Counted from the stretch's first letter, positions 49,405 through 59,159 are shown. The stretch: DNA of 64,000 bases from Puniceicoccaceae bacterium (GCA_040830765.1 JBFOMH010000027.1:1-64000); one strand, 5' to 3'. A program made the numbers and translations. Notes: a model not told the origin generated them from the letters alone.

Positions 49405-49436
49405 GCTTGTCCTCGTTGTAATTCGTAGCCTGAAAT

Positions 49437-49465
49437 AAAAAAACCCGGCCACGAGGGCCGGGTTT
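49437..49465 (-). terminator. Rho-independent terminator between convergent fkp and fasciclin genes
   Basis: AAACCCGGCC-ACGAG-GGCCGGGTTT stem-loop; U-tract on the minus strand. Confidence 0.8.
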
Positions 49466-49494
49466 GGAGAGTTGGTAAGTACAGATTTAACAAG

Positions 49495-50025
49495 TTACTC
49501 GCCGACGACAACAGGGAGCAGGACGAAATCGATTTCGTGGACGACGCCGTTGGAGGCATCAATGTCCACTTCAATGATGTTGGCTACGGAACCAATGGCA
49601 TCGAGAGTGGCGGAACCGGATTCCTTGAAAACGAAGGACTTGTTCATGGTACGGATGCGCTCGGCGGGTACGACATCCTCAGCCAGACGTTCACCCGGAG
49701 CAACATGGTAGAGAAGGACTTCTTCGAGGAGACCGTTGGTCACTACGAAGTTGACCAAGCCGTCAACATCGGTTTCGAGCGCAGCTGCGGTGGCTGCAAA
49801 TGCTTCGTCATTGGGGGCGAAAACGGTGAATTGGCGCTTGCCGTCGAGGATGCCGGTGAGGCCGGCCGCATCGAGTGCAAAGGCCAGGATGGAGAAGCGC
49901 TCGGTGGAATCAACAATACCAGCGATGGTCATTTCTTCGTGGTCGTCTGCCTGAGCAGCGGAGAATCCGAAAAGGGTTGCTGATGCGATGAGGAGGAGAG
50001 AGATAGCTTTCTGTGTCTTTTTCAT
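49495..50025 (-). CDS. Fasciclin (FAS1) domain protein
   Basis: FTVFAPNDEAF, VLLYHV, DIDASNGVVHEIDFVLLP; signal peptide. Confidence 0.92.
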   Translation of the reverse strand: MKKTQKAISLLLIASATLFGFSAAQADDHEEMTIAGIVDSTERFSILAFALDAAGLTGILDGKRQFTVFAPNDEAFAATAAALETDVDGLVNFVVTNGLLEEVLLYHVAPGERLAEDVVPAERIRTMNKSFVFKESGSATLDAIGSVANIIEVDIDASNGVVHEIDFVLLPVVVGE

Positions 50026-50186
50026 GATGTCTTGTAATTAAGTGTGTTTCCTAATGCAGATTTGCGTTAGTAACATACCCCAATCCCTTCTCTCATGATT
50101 GGTCATTTCCATGAATGGTCGCAAAGGACCGCTCAGCGGCAATAAACTGCCTGCTGAAGGAAATTCAGCCTGAATCAGCTGTCAGC

Positions 50187-50783
50187 CTAGAACGGATGGG
50201 GAATCAGGATCGACTCCATCCCGGCCTTTTCAGCGCCTTCAATGCCGAGGAGGCTGTCTTCGAGGACCAGGCAGTCACTGGGAGCGACACCCATTTTCTT
50301 TGCAGCGAGAAGAAACAGGTCGGGGGCCGGCTTGGCGTTTTCCACATCATCAGCCGTCACGACGACTTCAAAGAGCTCCCCGAGCCCGATGTTCCGGAGG
50401 GTAAAGAGGACATCATCGGTAGTCCCTCCGGAGGCCACACTGACGGCTGCTCCAGCTGCGTGGCAGGCGCGGGCAAAATCCACCACCGGCTCAATCGGGC
50501 CGATTGCATGACGATGTTGTTCGAAGTAGGCGTTTTTCGCTTCAATGACGACATCCGGGTCGATTTGCAAGGTATGGGTCTCGTTCCAGTGTTCGACCGT
50601 CTCACGCAAGGCCATGCCGGCGACACTCATGAAATTCTTCCCATCCAGGTGGAAAGGGGCTTGAGCGGCCACCAGTCCGGCATTCCAGGCACGCAGGTGA
50701 AGGGGCATGGAGTCGGCCAGGGTGCCATCGCAATCAAAGATATACCCCTTGTAGGGCTTTTCCGGTGCGTTGAAGCTGATCAT
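50187..50783 (-). CDS. HAD-superfamily phosphatase (beta-PGM/YqaB-like)
   Basis: IFDCDGTLADSM, ASGG, KPAPDLF, LEDS..GI. Confidence 0.9.
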   Translation of the reverse strand: MISFNAPEKPYKGYIFDCDGTLADSMPLHLRAWNAGLVAAQAPFHLDGKNFMSVAGMALRETVEHWNETHTLQIDPDVVIEAKNAYFEQHRHAIGPIEPVVDFARACHAAGAAVSVASGGTTDDVLFTLRNIGLGELFEVVVTADDVENAKPAPDLFLLAAKKMGVAPSDCLVLEDSLLGIEGAEKAGMESILIPHPF

Positions 50784-50856
50784 GTGACCGAGAAGAACAA
50801 ATACCACCGCGAGGTCGAGTCTGGAGACTATCTTTTGACAATTGTAACCTCAGTTC

Positions 50857-50900
50857 TTGACCTGCTATAATTTTTATATATAGAATTTACTCAGTATAAT
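50857..50900 (+). promoter_or_regulatory. Candidate sigma70 promoter(s)
   Basis: TTGACC-18 nt-TAGAAT, plus TGcTATAAT and a further TATAAT in an AT-rich tract before 50914. Confidence 0.4.
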
Positions 50901-50913
50901 TCTTTTCAGCAGC

Positions 50914-52500
50914 ATGTCATTCGACATTAAAGGATTTCAGGTCAAGTACGTCCTCTCCAACAAGGAGATGGCGGAGATCTGCAAGTGTTCCCTTCCGACG
51001 ATTCAAAAGTGGCGGAGTGGGGAGGTTTCAGTTTCCGGGGCTGCGGGTCAATTACTGCGCATGCTCGACATCAGCTCTGAAGGAGATCCCAACCGACTCC
51101 GGGAAGTATTGGTCAAGTTGGACGAGGAAACCTTCTCCACCGGACAAGTTCTCAATCCTGAACTGGAGGAACTGGAAAGCAGCATGACGAAGGTGGTGGA
51201 TCGACTCGAGATCATGCTTGAAAGCCGTCGCAAGGAGAAGGAGCTGGCAGAGAGCGAGGCGCGCTATCGTTCCATGCTGCAGTCCTTCGTGCATCCCGTT
51301 TGCCGCTGGTTGCCGGACACAACCATCACCTACGCCAATGCGGCATATGGCAGGCTGTTTGGGACGGAAAGTTCGTTGCTCCTTGGGAAAAAGTGGCTCG
51401 ATCTCGTTCCGTCGAATCGGCGGTCCGATATGGAAATGATCGTGTCCGACATGGTGCGCCGCGCGGAAGAGGAAGTCGGGGTTCATGAACTTCCGGATGC
51501 CGAGGGGAATTTGCGCTACTTCGAGTGGCGGGAAATCCCAGTCAAAAACGAGCGGGGCGAGTTGGTGGAATTCCACTCCATTGCCCATGAGGTAACCGAG
51601 TTGATGCAGCTACGGAGCCGGATGGAGCACTTTGAAGCGGCCAAGGCTGCCATCTTTGAGAGTAGCGGACAACCTGTTCTGGTCTTTGACAACGCCGGTC
51701 GATGCGTGGAATCCAATGAGTCGTTCCGCCGCCAATTCGGCTGTCGTGAGAACTGTCGCGACCTGACTGAACTCTTGCCCCGCCCGGCCTTCAACAAGTT
51801 GATGCGTCTGCTGAAGCGCCTCTCCTCAGAGGATGAGGTCTGTTTCCAGGTCATGGTATCCGGGGTCGCTTACTTGATGAACATTCGCCAACTGGCCTCG
51901 GGTGAAGGCACTGGACCATATTTGGTGGTTTTCCAGACCCTCGAGCAGAATGGGGAACGAAAAGTCATGCAGGTGCGGCTGCAGCACGAGGTCATTTTAC
52001 AGGGCGAAAAGCATCAATTCCTTATCGAGGATAAGCTTTCTGACGAGGTTCGGTCGATGATGGCCCAGCTTGGGCGGGCTGTCCAGGGCCACCGGATCTA
52101 TGTATTTACCCTCGATGAGGCGGAGCGCGTATTCGATAATATCCTCGAGTGGTGTGCAGAAGGCATTACCCCGCACATTGATGACCTGCAACGGATTCCG
52201 ATGAGCGAGTATCCATGGTGGATGGGGCGTCTCCGCAAGCAGCAGTGGATCACTGTCGATGATACGACCAAGTTACCCCGTAATGCTTCCCGGGAACGGG
52301 AAATCCTGATGGCCCAGGATATCCGCTCGATCATGGTGGCACCGCTATTGATGGGAGGCGGAGTCGTTGGATTCGCGGGCATTGACCACAATCACACCAC
52401 GCGCATCTGGCACCAACAGGAACGGCAGCAGCTGGAAACCTTCAAGGGCCGGATTGAGCAACTCCTGGCCGGCGCGCTGATTCAATCGCCCCAGGTCTAG
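50914..52500 (+). CDS. HTH(Xre-like)-PAS-PAS-GAF sensory regulator
   Basis: LSNKEMAEICKCSLPTIQKWRSG HTH; ESEARYR..VCRWLPDTTITYANAAY PAS; ILEWCAEGI...IRSIMVAPL...GFAGID GAF; no kinase domain. Confidence 0.75.
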   Translation: MSFDIKGFQVKYVLSNKEMAEICKCSLPTIQKWRSGEVSVSGAAGQLLRMLDISSEGDPNRLREVLVKLDEETFSTGQVLNPELEELESSMTKVVDRLEIMLESRRKEKELAESEARYRSMLQSFVHPVCRWLPDTTITYANAAYGRLFGTESSLLLGKKWLDLVPSNRRSDMEMIVSDMVRRAEEEVGVHELPDAEGNLRYFEWREIPVKNERGELVEFHSIAHEVTELMQLRSRMEHFEAAKAAIFESSGQPVLVFDNAGRCVESNESFRRQFGCRENCRDLTELLPRPAFNKLMRLLKRLSSEDEVCFQVMVSGVAYLMNIRQLASGEGTGPYLVVFQTLEQNGERKVMQVRLQHEVILQGEKHQFLIEDKLSDEVRSMMAQLGRAVQGHRIYVFTLDEAERVFDNILEWCAEGITPHIDDLQRIPMSEYPWWMGRLRKQQWITVDDTTKLPRNASREREILMAQDIRSIMVAPLLMGGGVVGFAGIDHNHTTRIWHQQERQQLETFKGRIEQLLAGALIQSPQV

Positions 52501-52916
52501 AACTGGTAGTCTTCGACCAGGCGAGCGATACTGGGACTGAAGTACTGCTTGCCTTCCTTGGCCGCGGCGATCGCTTTCTGCAGTTCATCGAGCCCGTAGG
52601 CCTTTTCCACATAGGCAATAGCGCCATTCTTGAGGGTTGTGTGGAGGATGTCTTCCGAGAGGGAGCCGGTGAAAATGATGACCTTGGTTTCCGGCAATTC
52701 CTTATGCAGGACCTTGAGGACGTCGATTCCGCTGACCTCGGGCAGGCGCAGATCGAGGATAAGCATCTCCGGCTTCAGTTCACGGCATTTCTCAATTGCC
52801 GACGCACCGTCGCGGGCATCACCAAGAAAGTTGATATCCTCCTCGGCGCTCAGGAATTCAGCCAGTAATTCACAAACCAGCTCTTCATCTTCGATTAAAA
52901 ATAGCGAAATCGGCAT
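52497..52916 (-). CDS. Stand-alone NarL-type receiver domain response regulator
   Basis: LIEDE, LDLRLPEVSG (phospho-Asp), FTG, YVEK; ends at YFSPSIA with no LuxR HTH. Confidence 0.85.
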   Translation of the reverse strand: MPISLFLIEDEELVCELLAEFLSAEEDINFLGDARDGASAIEKCRELKPEMLILDLRLPEVSGIDVLKVLHKELPETKVIIFTGSLSEDILHTTLKNGAIAYVEKAYGLDELQKAIAAAKEGKQYFSPSIARLVEDYQF

Positions 52917-52993
52917 TCTATTTTTCAGTTTGGTACCCTGATAAGGGATGTCCATTCCCAATTCAAACGTTTTTCTTCAATATCGCCAGGTCC

Positions 52994-54100
52994 TCAAATA
53001 TCGTCCTCCAGGGTTGTTTCGACCTGTTTCCGGTAGCGGAGGACGCGTTCGGAGATCATGTCGAGCGAGGTCTGGACGATGTGACCCATGCGGGTGCACT
53101 TGAGGAACTTCTTGTTCTTGTGGTATTCGGCCATGCCTTCCCGGAGCTGGGCGATTTTCTCGTCCGCGGAAATCCGGTCCTCGCACATGCAGGCCAGCAG
53201 GCGCTTGACGCGGGTCTCGGCCAGCTGGATGCGCCGGAAAATGACCGATTGCTCCTCTTTCTGGTACTGCCGGGCGGTCTGCAGGTTGAGCTGTTGCACG
53301 GTGAACTCGACGAGCGCGTTGTTGTCCTTGAAAAACTGCGGCAGGTAGAACTTGAGCCGTCCACTGTAGGATTGCTGGTCGAAGTCCATGGCCCGGATGC
53401 GGATCTGCACATCCTCGAAATCGGGGGTGACATCGACCACGAAGTTGTAGGCCCGCATGTCGCCCAGCAGGCGGACAAAGCAGCGTTCATTGAATTTGAC
53501 CAGTTCCTTGGCCAGCCGGATCTGGTTGAGGTGCTCGTCGTGCAACCACTGTTCGATAAAGACATCCCCGGGGATACCGACCACATGCTCCTCGACCAAA
53601 ATGTCATCCGCGACGAAGTAGTGCATCCGGTTGGGGGAGAGCAAATGCTCCAGCTCCAGCCCGTAGATCCGGGAAGCGTCGGACTTCTTGATGTAGTAGT
53701 AATCCTGGTTGTCGTTGTAGGAATTGACCACCCGGATGCGGAAGGGATTGCTGTTGCCGAAGGTGCAGTAGTCCACCCGGTCAACGTAGAGGTGGTCGAC
53801 GAAAGAGGTATCTCCCTCCATCTTGAGGAGGGCGTAGACAGTGGTCAGCTGCTTGTTGAGGCGCCGCCATATTTCCGGCCGGTAGATGACTGTCCGCCAC
53901 AGCGTATCCTCGCCGTCGGGACCATACAGGGGCATGGCCTCGGCCCACTCCAGGAGGCGGGTGTAGGAGACGGGCAACTCAAATTCCCGGCTGTACTGCT
54001 TGAGGTAATAATGCAGGCCCTCACCCACGGGATACATGGGCTTTTTCTTGGTCGCGAAGGCGTCCAGAACGGGTACGGGGTCATCCTGCATAAGTGGCAT
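52994..54100 (-). CDS. Hypothetical protein with kinase-like motifs
   Basis: Long ORF with strong GC3 bias; YYIKK, GDMRAYNF, AMDFD; start uncertain (54091-54127). Confidence 0.65.
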   Translation of the reverse strand: MPLMQDDPVPVLDAFATKKKPMYPVGEGLHYYLKQYSREFELPVSYTRLLEWAEAMPLYGPDGEDTLWRTVIYRPEIWRRLNKQLTTVYALLKMEGDTSFVDHLYVDRVDYCTFGNSNPFRIRVVNSYNDNQDYYYIKKSDASRIYGLELEHLLSPNRMHYFVADDILVEEHVVGIPGDVFIEQWLHDEHLNQIRLAKELVKFNERCFVRLLGDMRAYNFVVDVTPDFEDVQIRIRAMDFDQQSYSGRLKFYLPQFFKDNNALVEFTVQQLNLQTARQYQKEEQSVIFRRIQLAETRVKRLLACMCEDRISADEKIAQLREGMAEYHKNKKFLKCTRMGHIVQTSLDMISERVLRYRKQVETTLEDDI

Positions 54101-54340
54101 TAAGAGAACCGCTGCATGGCTAGGCAATACCGTTTCAAAAATATCCCCAATTGGGGAGGATGCCTTTGAGCTTGAACCCTTTCGGTAAATTGGCCCATTT
54201 TATGGGTTTAATAAGATGATCCCTTGTGAACCAGAAGAAACGGAGCCTGACAGTAGATGCCTTCAAGGCATGGCTTCCGCATACCATAATTTAGATGAAC
54301 CGGCCGTGTTGGCCGTTGCAGACAAAAGGGAGGGCCGCCA

Positions 54341-55387
54341 ATGACCACGCTCATTCTGGCCATCGCCTTTACCCTGAGCGCTTCCGCCGTTTGTTCCCTG
54401 CTGGAGGCCTTTATTCTCAGCTCAACCATGGCGGAAATTGAGAGCCTCAAGAAACGCCATCCGCGCATCGGAACGATTCTTGAGAACTACAAGATCGACA
54501 TCAACGAGACCAGCTCGGCGATCCTTATTCTCAACACCATCGCCAATACCGCTGGAGCGACCATTGTTGGGGCTCTTGCGGCCCAGCTCCTTGACAGTAC
54601 ATGGCTCGGTATCCTCATGGCCGGGATGGTCCTTGGGATTCTCTTTTTCTCGGAGATCATTCCGAAGAACATCGGGGTCGCCTACCGCAAGCCGTTGCAG
54701 GTCTACCTGGTCTACCTGCTGGTGGTCGTCCGCACCCTGATGAAGCCGCTTTCCTTCCTGGCCAAGCAGATGCTGACGGTTATCGTTTCCCATGAGGAAC
54801 CAACCGAGGAGGAACAGGAAGAGGAAATCCGGCTTCTGGCAGCCCGGAGTGCCAAGAGCGGGGCCCTATCGGATGACGAGCGCGATCTCATCTCAAACGC
54901 CCTCAGTCTGGATGATGTCAACGTGGAGTCGATCATGACACCCCGGACGGTCGTTACCTTTCTCCGGAACACCCTCACGGTCGAGGAAATCTGCCGCGAC
55001 TTGAAGGTCATTCCGTTTGCCCGGCTCCCGGTTTACGGGGATTCCATTGATGAGATTGTCGGTATAGTGCGCCGGCGGGACATTCTTGAGGCCAACAGTG
55101 AAGGGAGGAACGAGCTGACAATGGAGGATCTCATGGCGGAAACCCTTTTCATTCCTGAGACGGCTTCCGGCATGCAGGCCCTGCAACAGTTCCTCAAGCA
55201 GCACCAGCAGATCGCGGTCGTGGTTGATGAATATGGCTCCACCGCGGGTGTGATTACCATGGAGGACATTGTTGAGCATCTCCTCGGCAACGAGATCTAT
55301 GAGGAGTCGGACGTTGCCGTGGACATGCGGGAACTGGCCAAGAAACGGGCTGAGCGCCTTCCCAGTGCAACCCCGGATGTGCCGTGA
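54341..55387 (+). CDS. CNNM/CorC-HlyC family transporter (DUF21 + 2 CBS)
   Basis: SAVCSLLEA, ILILNTIANT, FSEIIPK, IMTPRTVV, RLPVY, VVDEYGSTAGVITMEDIVEHLLG. Confidence 0.92.
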   Translation: MTTLILAIAFTLSASAVCSLLEAFILSSTMAEIESLKKRHPRIGTILENYKIDINETSSAILILNTIANTAGATIVGALAAQLLDSTWLGILMAGMVLGILFFSEIIPKNIGVAYRKPLQVYLVYLLVVVRTLMKPLSFLAKQMLTVIVSHEEPTEEEQEEEIRLLAARSAKSGALSDDERDLISNALSLDDVNVESIMTPRTVVTFLRNTLTVEEICRDLKVIPFARLPVYGDSIDEIVGIVRRRDILEANSEGRNELTMEDLMAETLFIPETASGMQALQQFLKQHQQIAVVVDEYGSTAGVITMEDIVEHLLGNEIYEESDVAVDMRELAKKRAERLPSATPDVP

Positions 55388-55389
55388 AC

Positions 55390-55513
55390 CCTTTGGAGTG
55401 CGGTGGCATGCCACCGCCTTGTCGCCTTTGGAGTGCGGTGGCACGCCACCGCCTTCAATTGCCTCGACATGTCGAGGCTTAACAAAGCGCTGACATGTCA
55501 GCGCACTCCAAGG
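55390..55513. repeat. REP/BIME-like palindromic element (TTTGGAGTGCG type)
   Basis: Two direct copies of CCTTTGGAGTGCGGTGGCAYGCCACCGCCTT, a GCCTCGACATGTCGAGGC palindrome, and an inverted copy ending GCGCACTCCAAGG. Confidence 0.85.
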
Positions 55514-55552
55514 AGGTTGACTTCCGCTGACTGAACCAAGAACGTCCACAAC

Positions 55553-56413
55553 ATGGCATATTGGGTCCACGACCTTAATCCGGTTATCTTTCAATTCACC
55601 GAGACCATCGCCATCCGCTGGTACGGACTTTCCTACGTCTCCGGTTTCCTGATCGCATTTTTCCTGCTTGGCCTTTACTGGAAGAAGGGCCGGTCGGTTC
55701 TCAATCCGCGAATGCAGGAAAGCCTTGCCATGGCCCTCATCATCGGGGTCGTCATTGGTGGGCGGCTGGGATATTTCCTCCTCTATGAAGGGGCAAACTT
55801 CCTGCGTGATCCCCTGATCTTCTTCCAGGTCTGGGAGGGTGGTATGTCGAGCCATGGTGGCTTTGTGGGAGCAATCCTGGGCGGCCTTTGGGTGGCGCGA
55901 AAATTCGCCATCAACCCATTCCAGATAGGTGACATCGTGGCCTCAGTGACCGCTCCGGGACTGATGCTGGGCCGAATGGCTAACTTTATTAACGGGGAGC
56001 TGTGGGGGAAGGTCACCGAGGTCCCCTGGGCGGTCATTTTTCCCGGTAGCGCCCCCGTGGGTATGCCGGTGGAACTCATCGCGGCAAGGCATCCCTCACA
56101 ACTCTACCAGGCTTTCCTGGAGGGATTCCTCCTCCTCGTCTTCATGCAATGGCGCTTCTGGAGCGTCAAGGGGAGGGGACCAGCGGCCGAGACGGCCCCA
56201 TATCCCTCTGCCCGTCCCGGCCACTTGATGGGCGAATTCCTCATCGGCTACAGTCTCATGCGGATGCTTGGGGAACTATTCCGCGAGCCCGATGCCGCCT
56301 TGATAGCGGGAATGAGCCGGGGATCCTTTTACTCCATATTCCTTCTGTTGGCCGGAATCGTCCTGATTTTCCTTGTGCGCCGCAGACAGTTGACAAATTC
56401 CCGAAGTCAGTAA
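55553..56413 (+). CDS. lgt: Prolipoprotein diacylglyceryl transferase
   Basis: IRWYGLSY, GGRLGY, GGMSSHGG, GRMANFINGELWG, RHPSQLYQ, ELFREPD. Confidence 0.97.
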   Translation: MAYWVHDLNPVIFQFTETIAIRWYGLSYVSGFLIAFFLLGLYWKKGRSVLNPRMQESLAMALIIGVVIGGRLGYFLLYEGANFLRDPLIFFQVWEGGMSSHGGFVGAILGGLWVARKFAINPFQIGDIVASVTAPGLMLGRMANFINGELWGKVTEVPWAVIFPGSAPVGMPVELIAARHPSQLYQAFLEGFLLLVFMQWRFWSVKGRGPAAETAPYPSARPGHLMGEFLIGYSLMRMLGELFREPDAALIAGMSRGSFYSIFLLLAGIVLIFLVRRRQLTNSRSQ

Positions 56414-56423
56414 CCTTTCCCAC

Positions 56424-56759
56424 ATGGAAATCGTTGCTTACCTGAAACCAACCTGTGGCTGGAGTAATGGCGTTCGGGCCATTTTCCAGAAGTACAACCT
56501 CTCCTACGAGGAGAAGGATATCATCAATAGCGCAGAGAACTACGCCGAGATGGTTCAGCGTTCGGGCCAGCCGCTCTCACCCTGTGTGGTGGTCGATGGT
56601 GTCATGCTGGCCGACGTCAGTGGTGAAGAAGTGGAAAATTACCTTCTTTCCAACGAGTTGGTCTCCCCCAGCGAGTCCCAGACGGATGTCCCCACCAATG
56701 CCCCTTGCACGGACGAGGAGCATGAACAGATGCGCTCCAAGACCATCCGGTTCTTCTAG
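56424..56759 (+). CDS. Glutaredoxin-like protein
   Basis: YLKPTCGWS (CxxS), SGQPLSPCVVVDG. Confidence 0.8.
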   Translation: MEIVAYLKPTCGWSNGVRAIFQKYNLSYEEKDIINSAENYAEMVQRSGQPLSPCVVVDGVMLADVSGEEVENYLLSNELVSPSESQTDVPTNAPCTDEEHEQMRSKTIRFF

Positions 56760-58006
56760 TCCGAAGGTGCCTTGGTTTCTGAGGCTGCAAATACAGCTTC
56801 GGCTACCCGCTTACCCGAGTCCAATCCGTCATCGCCGCTGAACAGGTAATGGATGCCGCCGTAGACGCGGCTCCAGCTGATTTCCACTGCACATGCCCAT
56901 AAGCTTGTGAATTCTCGCGTATGGCCGGGTACGGAGTCACTTCTCGTTGAGAATGCGAGGTCATCTGTCCCGAAGTACAATTGCAGAAACCGCGCCGCTG
57001 CTCCACTGAAGCTACTGTGCCCGGAGGGGTATTCCGGGTGGGGTGGGGATTCCAGATAGGAGTTCCATGAAGTGTCGGGCTCGGTCTGGCTGTTGCCATC
57101 CCGTTCGGCCTCGTAAATCGCGGTGATCGGGCGCCAGAAGTTGAACCGGTACTTTGCTTCCCAGCAGACAATTCCGGCATCAAGCATGGCCGTGTTCAGC
57201 CATGCCAGAAGGTGCGCTTCCTCCATCAAGGAGTAGTCCCGCTGGCGGGCGATTCCTGAGGCAATCTGGTTCCAGTGCCCGGGGGGGGTGATGGTATAGC
57301 TGAAATCCGACCAGAAGCGCGCGATGATGGACTGTTCCTCGGTTCTCAACTCGCTTTCCTTCGCCCCGATGGTATGAACCTGGTGCAGCGCCGTGGCCCA
57401 GTCGGCAGAGGTCATGTCGGGAGGTCCGGGAGGGAGGAAACTCTCAAGCTCTTCGATGACGTAGGGCCTGACATGACGCGCATGGGGTAATTCCGGCGGC
57501 CGGTAGGAAGGGGGTGTCCGTCTCCACTGACCGGGCTCGTCCCGGGGAACATAGGTCAGGCTCCCGCTGAGACGGTCATCCTCCCGGGCCTTGAGATGTG
57601 CGATGGCACAGCGCTGGCCAATCGCCCGGGCCCTTTGCAGGACGTCGGGTTCTGCGGAAGCTGTCTGGTCCTCCAGAAGCCTGTCGAAGAGGGGCCTGGA
57701 TGAAGGGAAGAGCGCGAGAGTGGCTGTGTGGGCCGCATAGGCGGCTGCCAGCTGCGGAGGGGGAGGATTTGCTTCCTCCTGATCCAGCTCATCCATGAAA
57801 AAGGGATAGGGAGCATCCGGACTGCACTGCAGGGCGGCATCAAAGGCTGCCTGGTGGACAATTGCCAGATTCCTGACCAGCAGGAGCGGGGGTGGTGTCT
57901 GCGGGCGGATGGCGGCCAAAATGGCCCCATTCCATTCAACCATGGTATTCCCGGGCAAGGAAGTGGCAGCAGTGAAGACCAGCAGTATCGGCAGGAACAA
58001 CTTCAC
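56756..58006 (-). CDS. Vanadium-dependent haloperoxidase / PAP2 family protein
   Basis: KYRFNFWRP, PPHPEYPSGHS, SRVYGGIHY; signal peptide. Confidence 0.9.
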   Translation of the reverse strand: MKLFLPILLVFTAATSLPGNTMVEWNGAILAAIRPQTPPPLLLVRNLAIVHQAAFDAALQCSPDAPYPFFMDELDQEEANPPPPQLAAAYAAHTATLALFPSSRPLFDRLLEDQTASAEPDVLQRARAIGQRCAIAHLKAREDDRLSGSLTYVPRDEPGQWRRTPPSYRPPELPHARHVRPYVIEELESFLPPGPPDMTSADWATALHQVHTIGAKESELRTEEQSIIARFWSDFSYTITPPGHWNQIASGIARQRDYSLMEEAHLLAWLNTAMLDAGIVCWEAKYRFNFWRPITAIYEAERDGNSQTEPDTSWNSYLESPPHPEYPSGHSSFSGAAARFLQLYFGTDDLAFSTRSDSVPGHTREFTSLWACAVEISWSRVYGGIHYLFSGDDGLDSGKRVAEAVFAASETKAPSD

Positions 58007-58010
58007 AGTC

Positions 58011-59159
58011 TCAAATGCCGGTCATTTTCACCGTCAGCCGGATGAGGCGATTGGGTTCGGAACCCGTTGTCACAGGATGCAGGTCCCTCGTCTTGACCTC
58101 CCGTTTGCTGTCCACCATTTCCGAGCTCATTTCCTCGGTATTGCCTTCGCCACTGGACCAGGTTGCGCCGCCATCCCCGGAGACTTCAACCATAAAGATG
58201 ATATCATCGGCACCAGGATTGGCCCGGTAGGTGAGCGTAGCGTAACTTTCCTGATTCAGGCCGATTAATCCCACCTCCGGCAGATCCTCGAAGTCGAACT
58301 CCCTCGGATTCAGCCCGAGGGCATATTCAAGCAGGTTGGGAATGGTGTCACCGTCCGGATCCGAGGCCAGTCCGCCAATGCGGTTGTCAGCCTGTTCAGC
58401 CGGAGTGAAGTTGGCATCCCGCCAGCCGACAAAGGGTGGGGGGCCAATCTGGATGGTAACCGGCAGGGAGGCCGTCTGGGTTCCTCCGGAGGAGACGGCA
58501 ATGGCGGTCAGGGCGACAGCCCCTGATCCGGCAGCTGTCCAAGTCGCGGTGTAGGGAGCAGCCGTGTCGATGGAAAGGCTCTCTCCATCGATCTGGAACT
58601 CAACCGAGGTAATGCTGCCGTCGTAATCAATCGCCACGGCGCTGAGCCCGACATTACTGGAAGCGGAATACCGCTTGCCCTCGGCGGGCGAGGTAATGGC
58701 GATATAGGGGGCCCAGGCAATGGCCACCTCGGTCCCGGTGAGGTCGGAGATGATGACGTTGGAAAAGCTGAGGGCACGACTTCCTTCGGGAACTTCCGAG
58801 AGGAGGTTAATCTCCATGTCAGCAACCATCCCGTCGCCAAGTACCGCATTTGTATTGGAAATAACCACTACACGGGTTTGTCCGCTGGCGACTGTTTCAA
58901 AGTCCAGGATATGTCCTGCGGCAGCGATCCCCTGCCTGACATCGGATAACTCGACCACTGCTGGATCGTAGAACATGTCAAACTGCAGGGCGGTGATGCC
59001 GTCACCAGACCGAACCTCCATCGGGACCGAAAGGGTCTCGTTGGCCAGGCCGCTGGAGGGTCCCAGGTGCAGGGTGGTTGCCCCACTGGCCGGAAAGGCC
59101 GCCAACGCTACTGTCGCGAGAGCGGCTAGAGCAGTCCGGATGTTACGATTAGGCTTCAT
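58011..59159 (-). CDS. Secreted cohesin-like + Ig-like protein with Verrucomicrobia-type C-terminal domain
   Basis: ITALQFDMFYDP cohesin-like; ITSP...DYDGSITSVEF..DG...DTAAPY Ig; DPDGDTIPNLLEYALGLNP. Confidence 0.75.
   Translation of the reverse strand: MKPNRNIRTALAALATVALAAFPASGATTLHLGPSSGLANETLSVPMEVRSGDGITALQFDMFYDPAVVELSDVRQGIAAAGHILDFETVASGQTRVVVISNTNAVLGDGMVADMEINLLSEVPEGSRALSFSNVIISDLTGTEVAIAWAPYIAITSPAEGKRYSASSNVGLSAVAIDYDGSITSVEFQIDGESLSIDTAAPYTATWTAAGSGAVALTAIAVSSGGTQTASLPVTIQIGPPPFVGWRDANFTPAEQADNRIGGLASDPDGDTIPNLLEYALGLNPREFDFEDLPEVGLIGLNQESYATLTYRANPGADDIIFMVEVSGDGGATWSSGEGNTEEMSSEMVDSKREVKTRDLHPVTTGSEPNRLIRLTVKMTGI

Noticed and set aside
50079..50102. CCAATC-N11-GATTGG inverted repeat upstream of the fasciclin gene
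   Set aside because: Single short occurrence; cannot separate an operator or ECF promoter from chance
55390..55455. 31-bp direct repeats as a possible CRISPR array
   Set aside because: Only two copies with a 4-bp gap, an inverted third arm and no cas genes; fits a REP element
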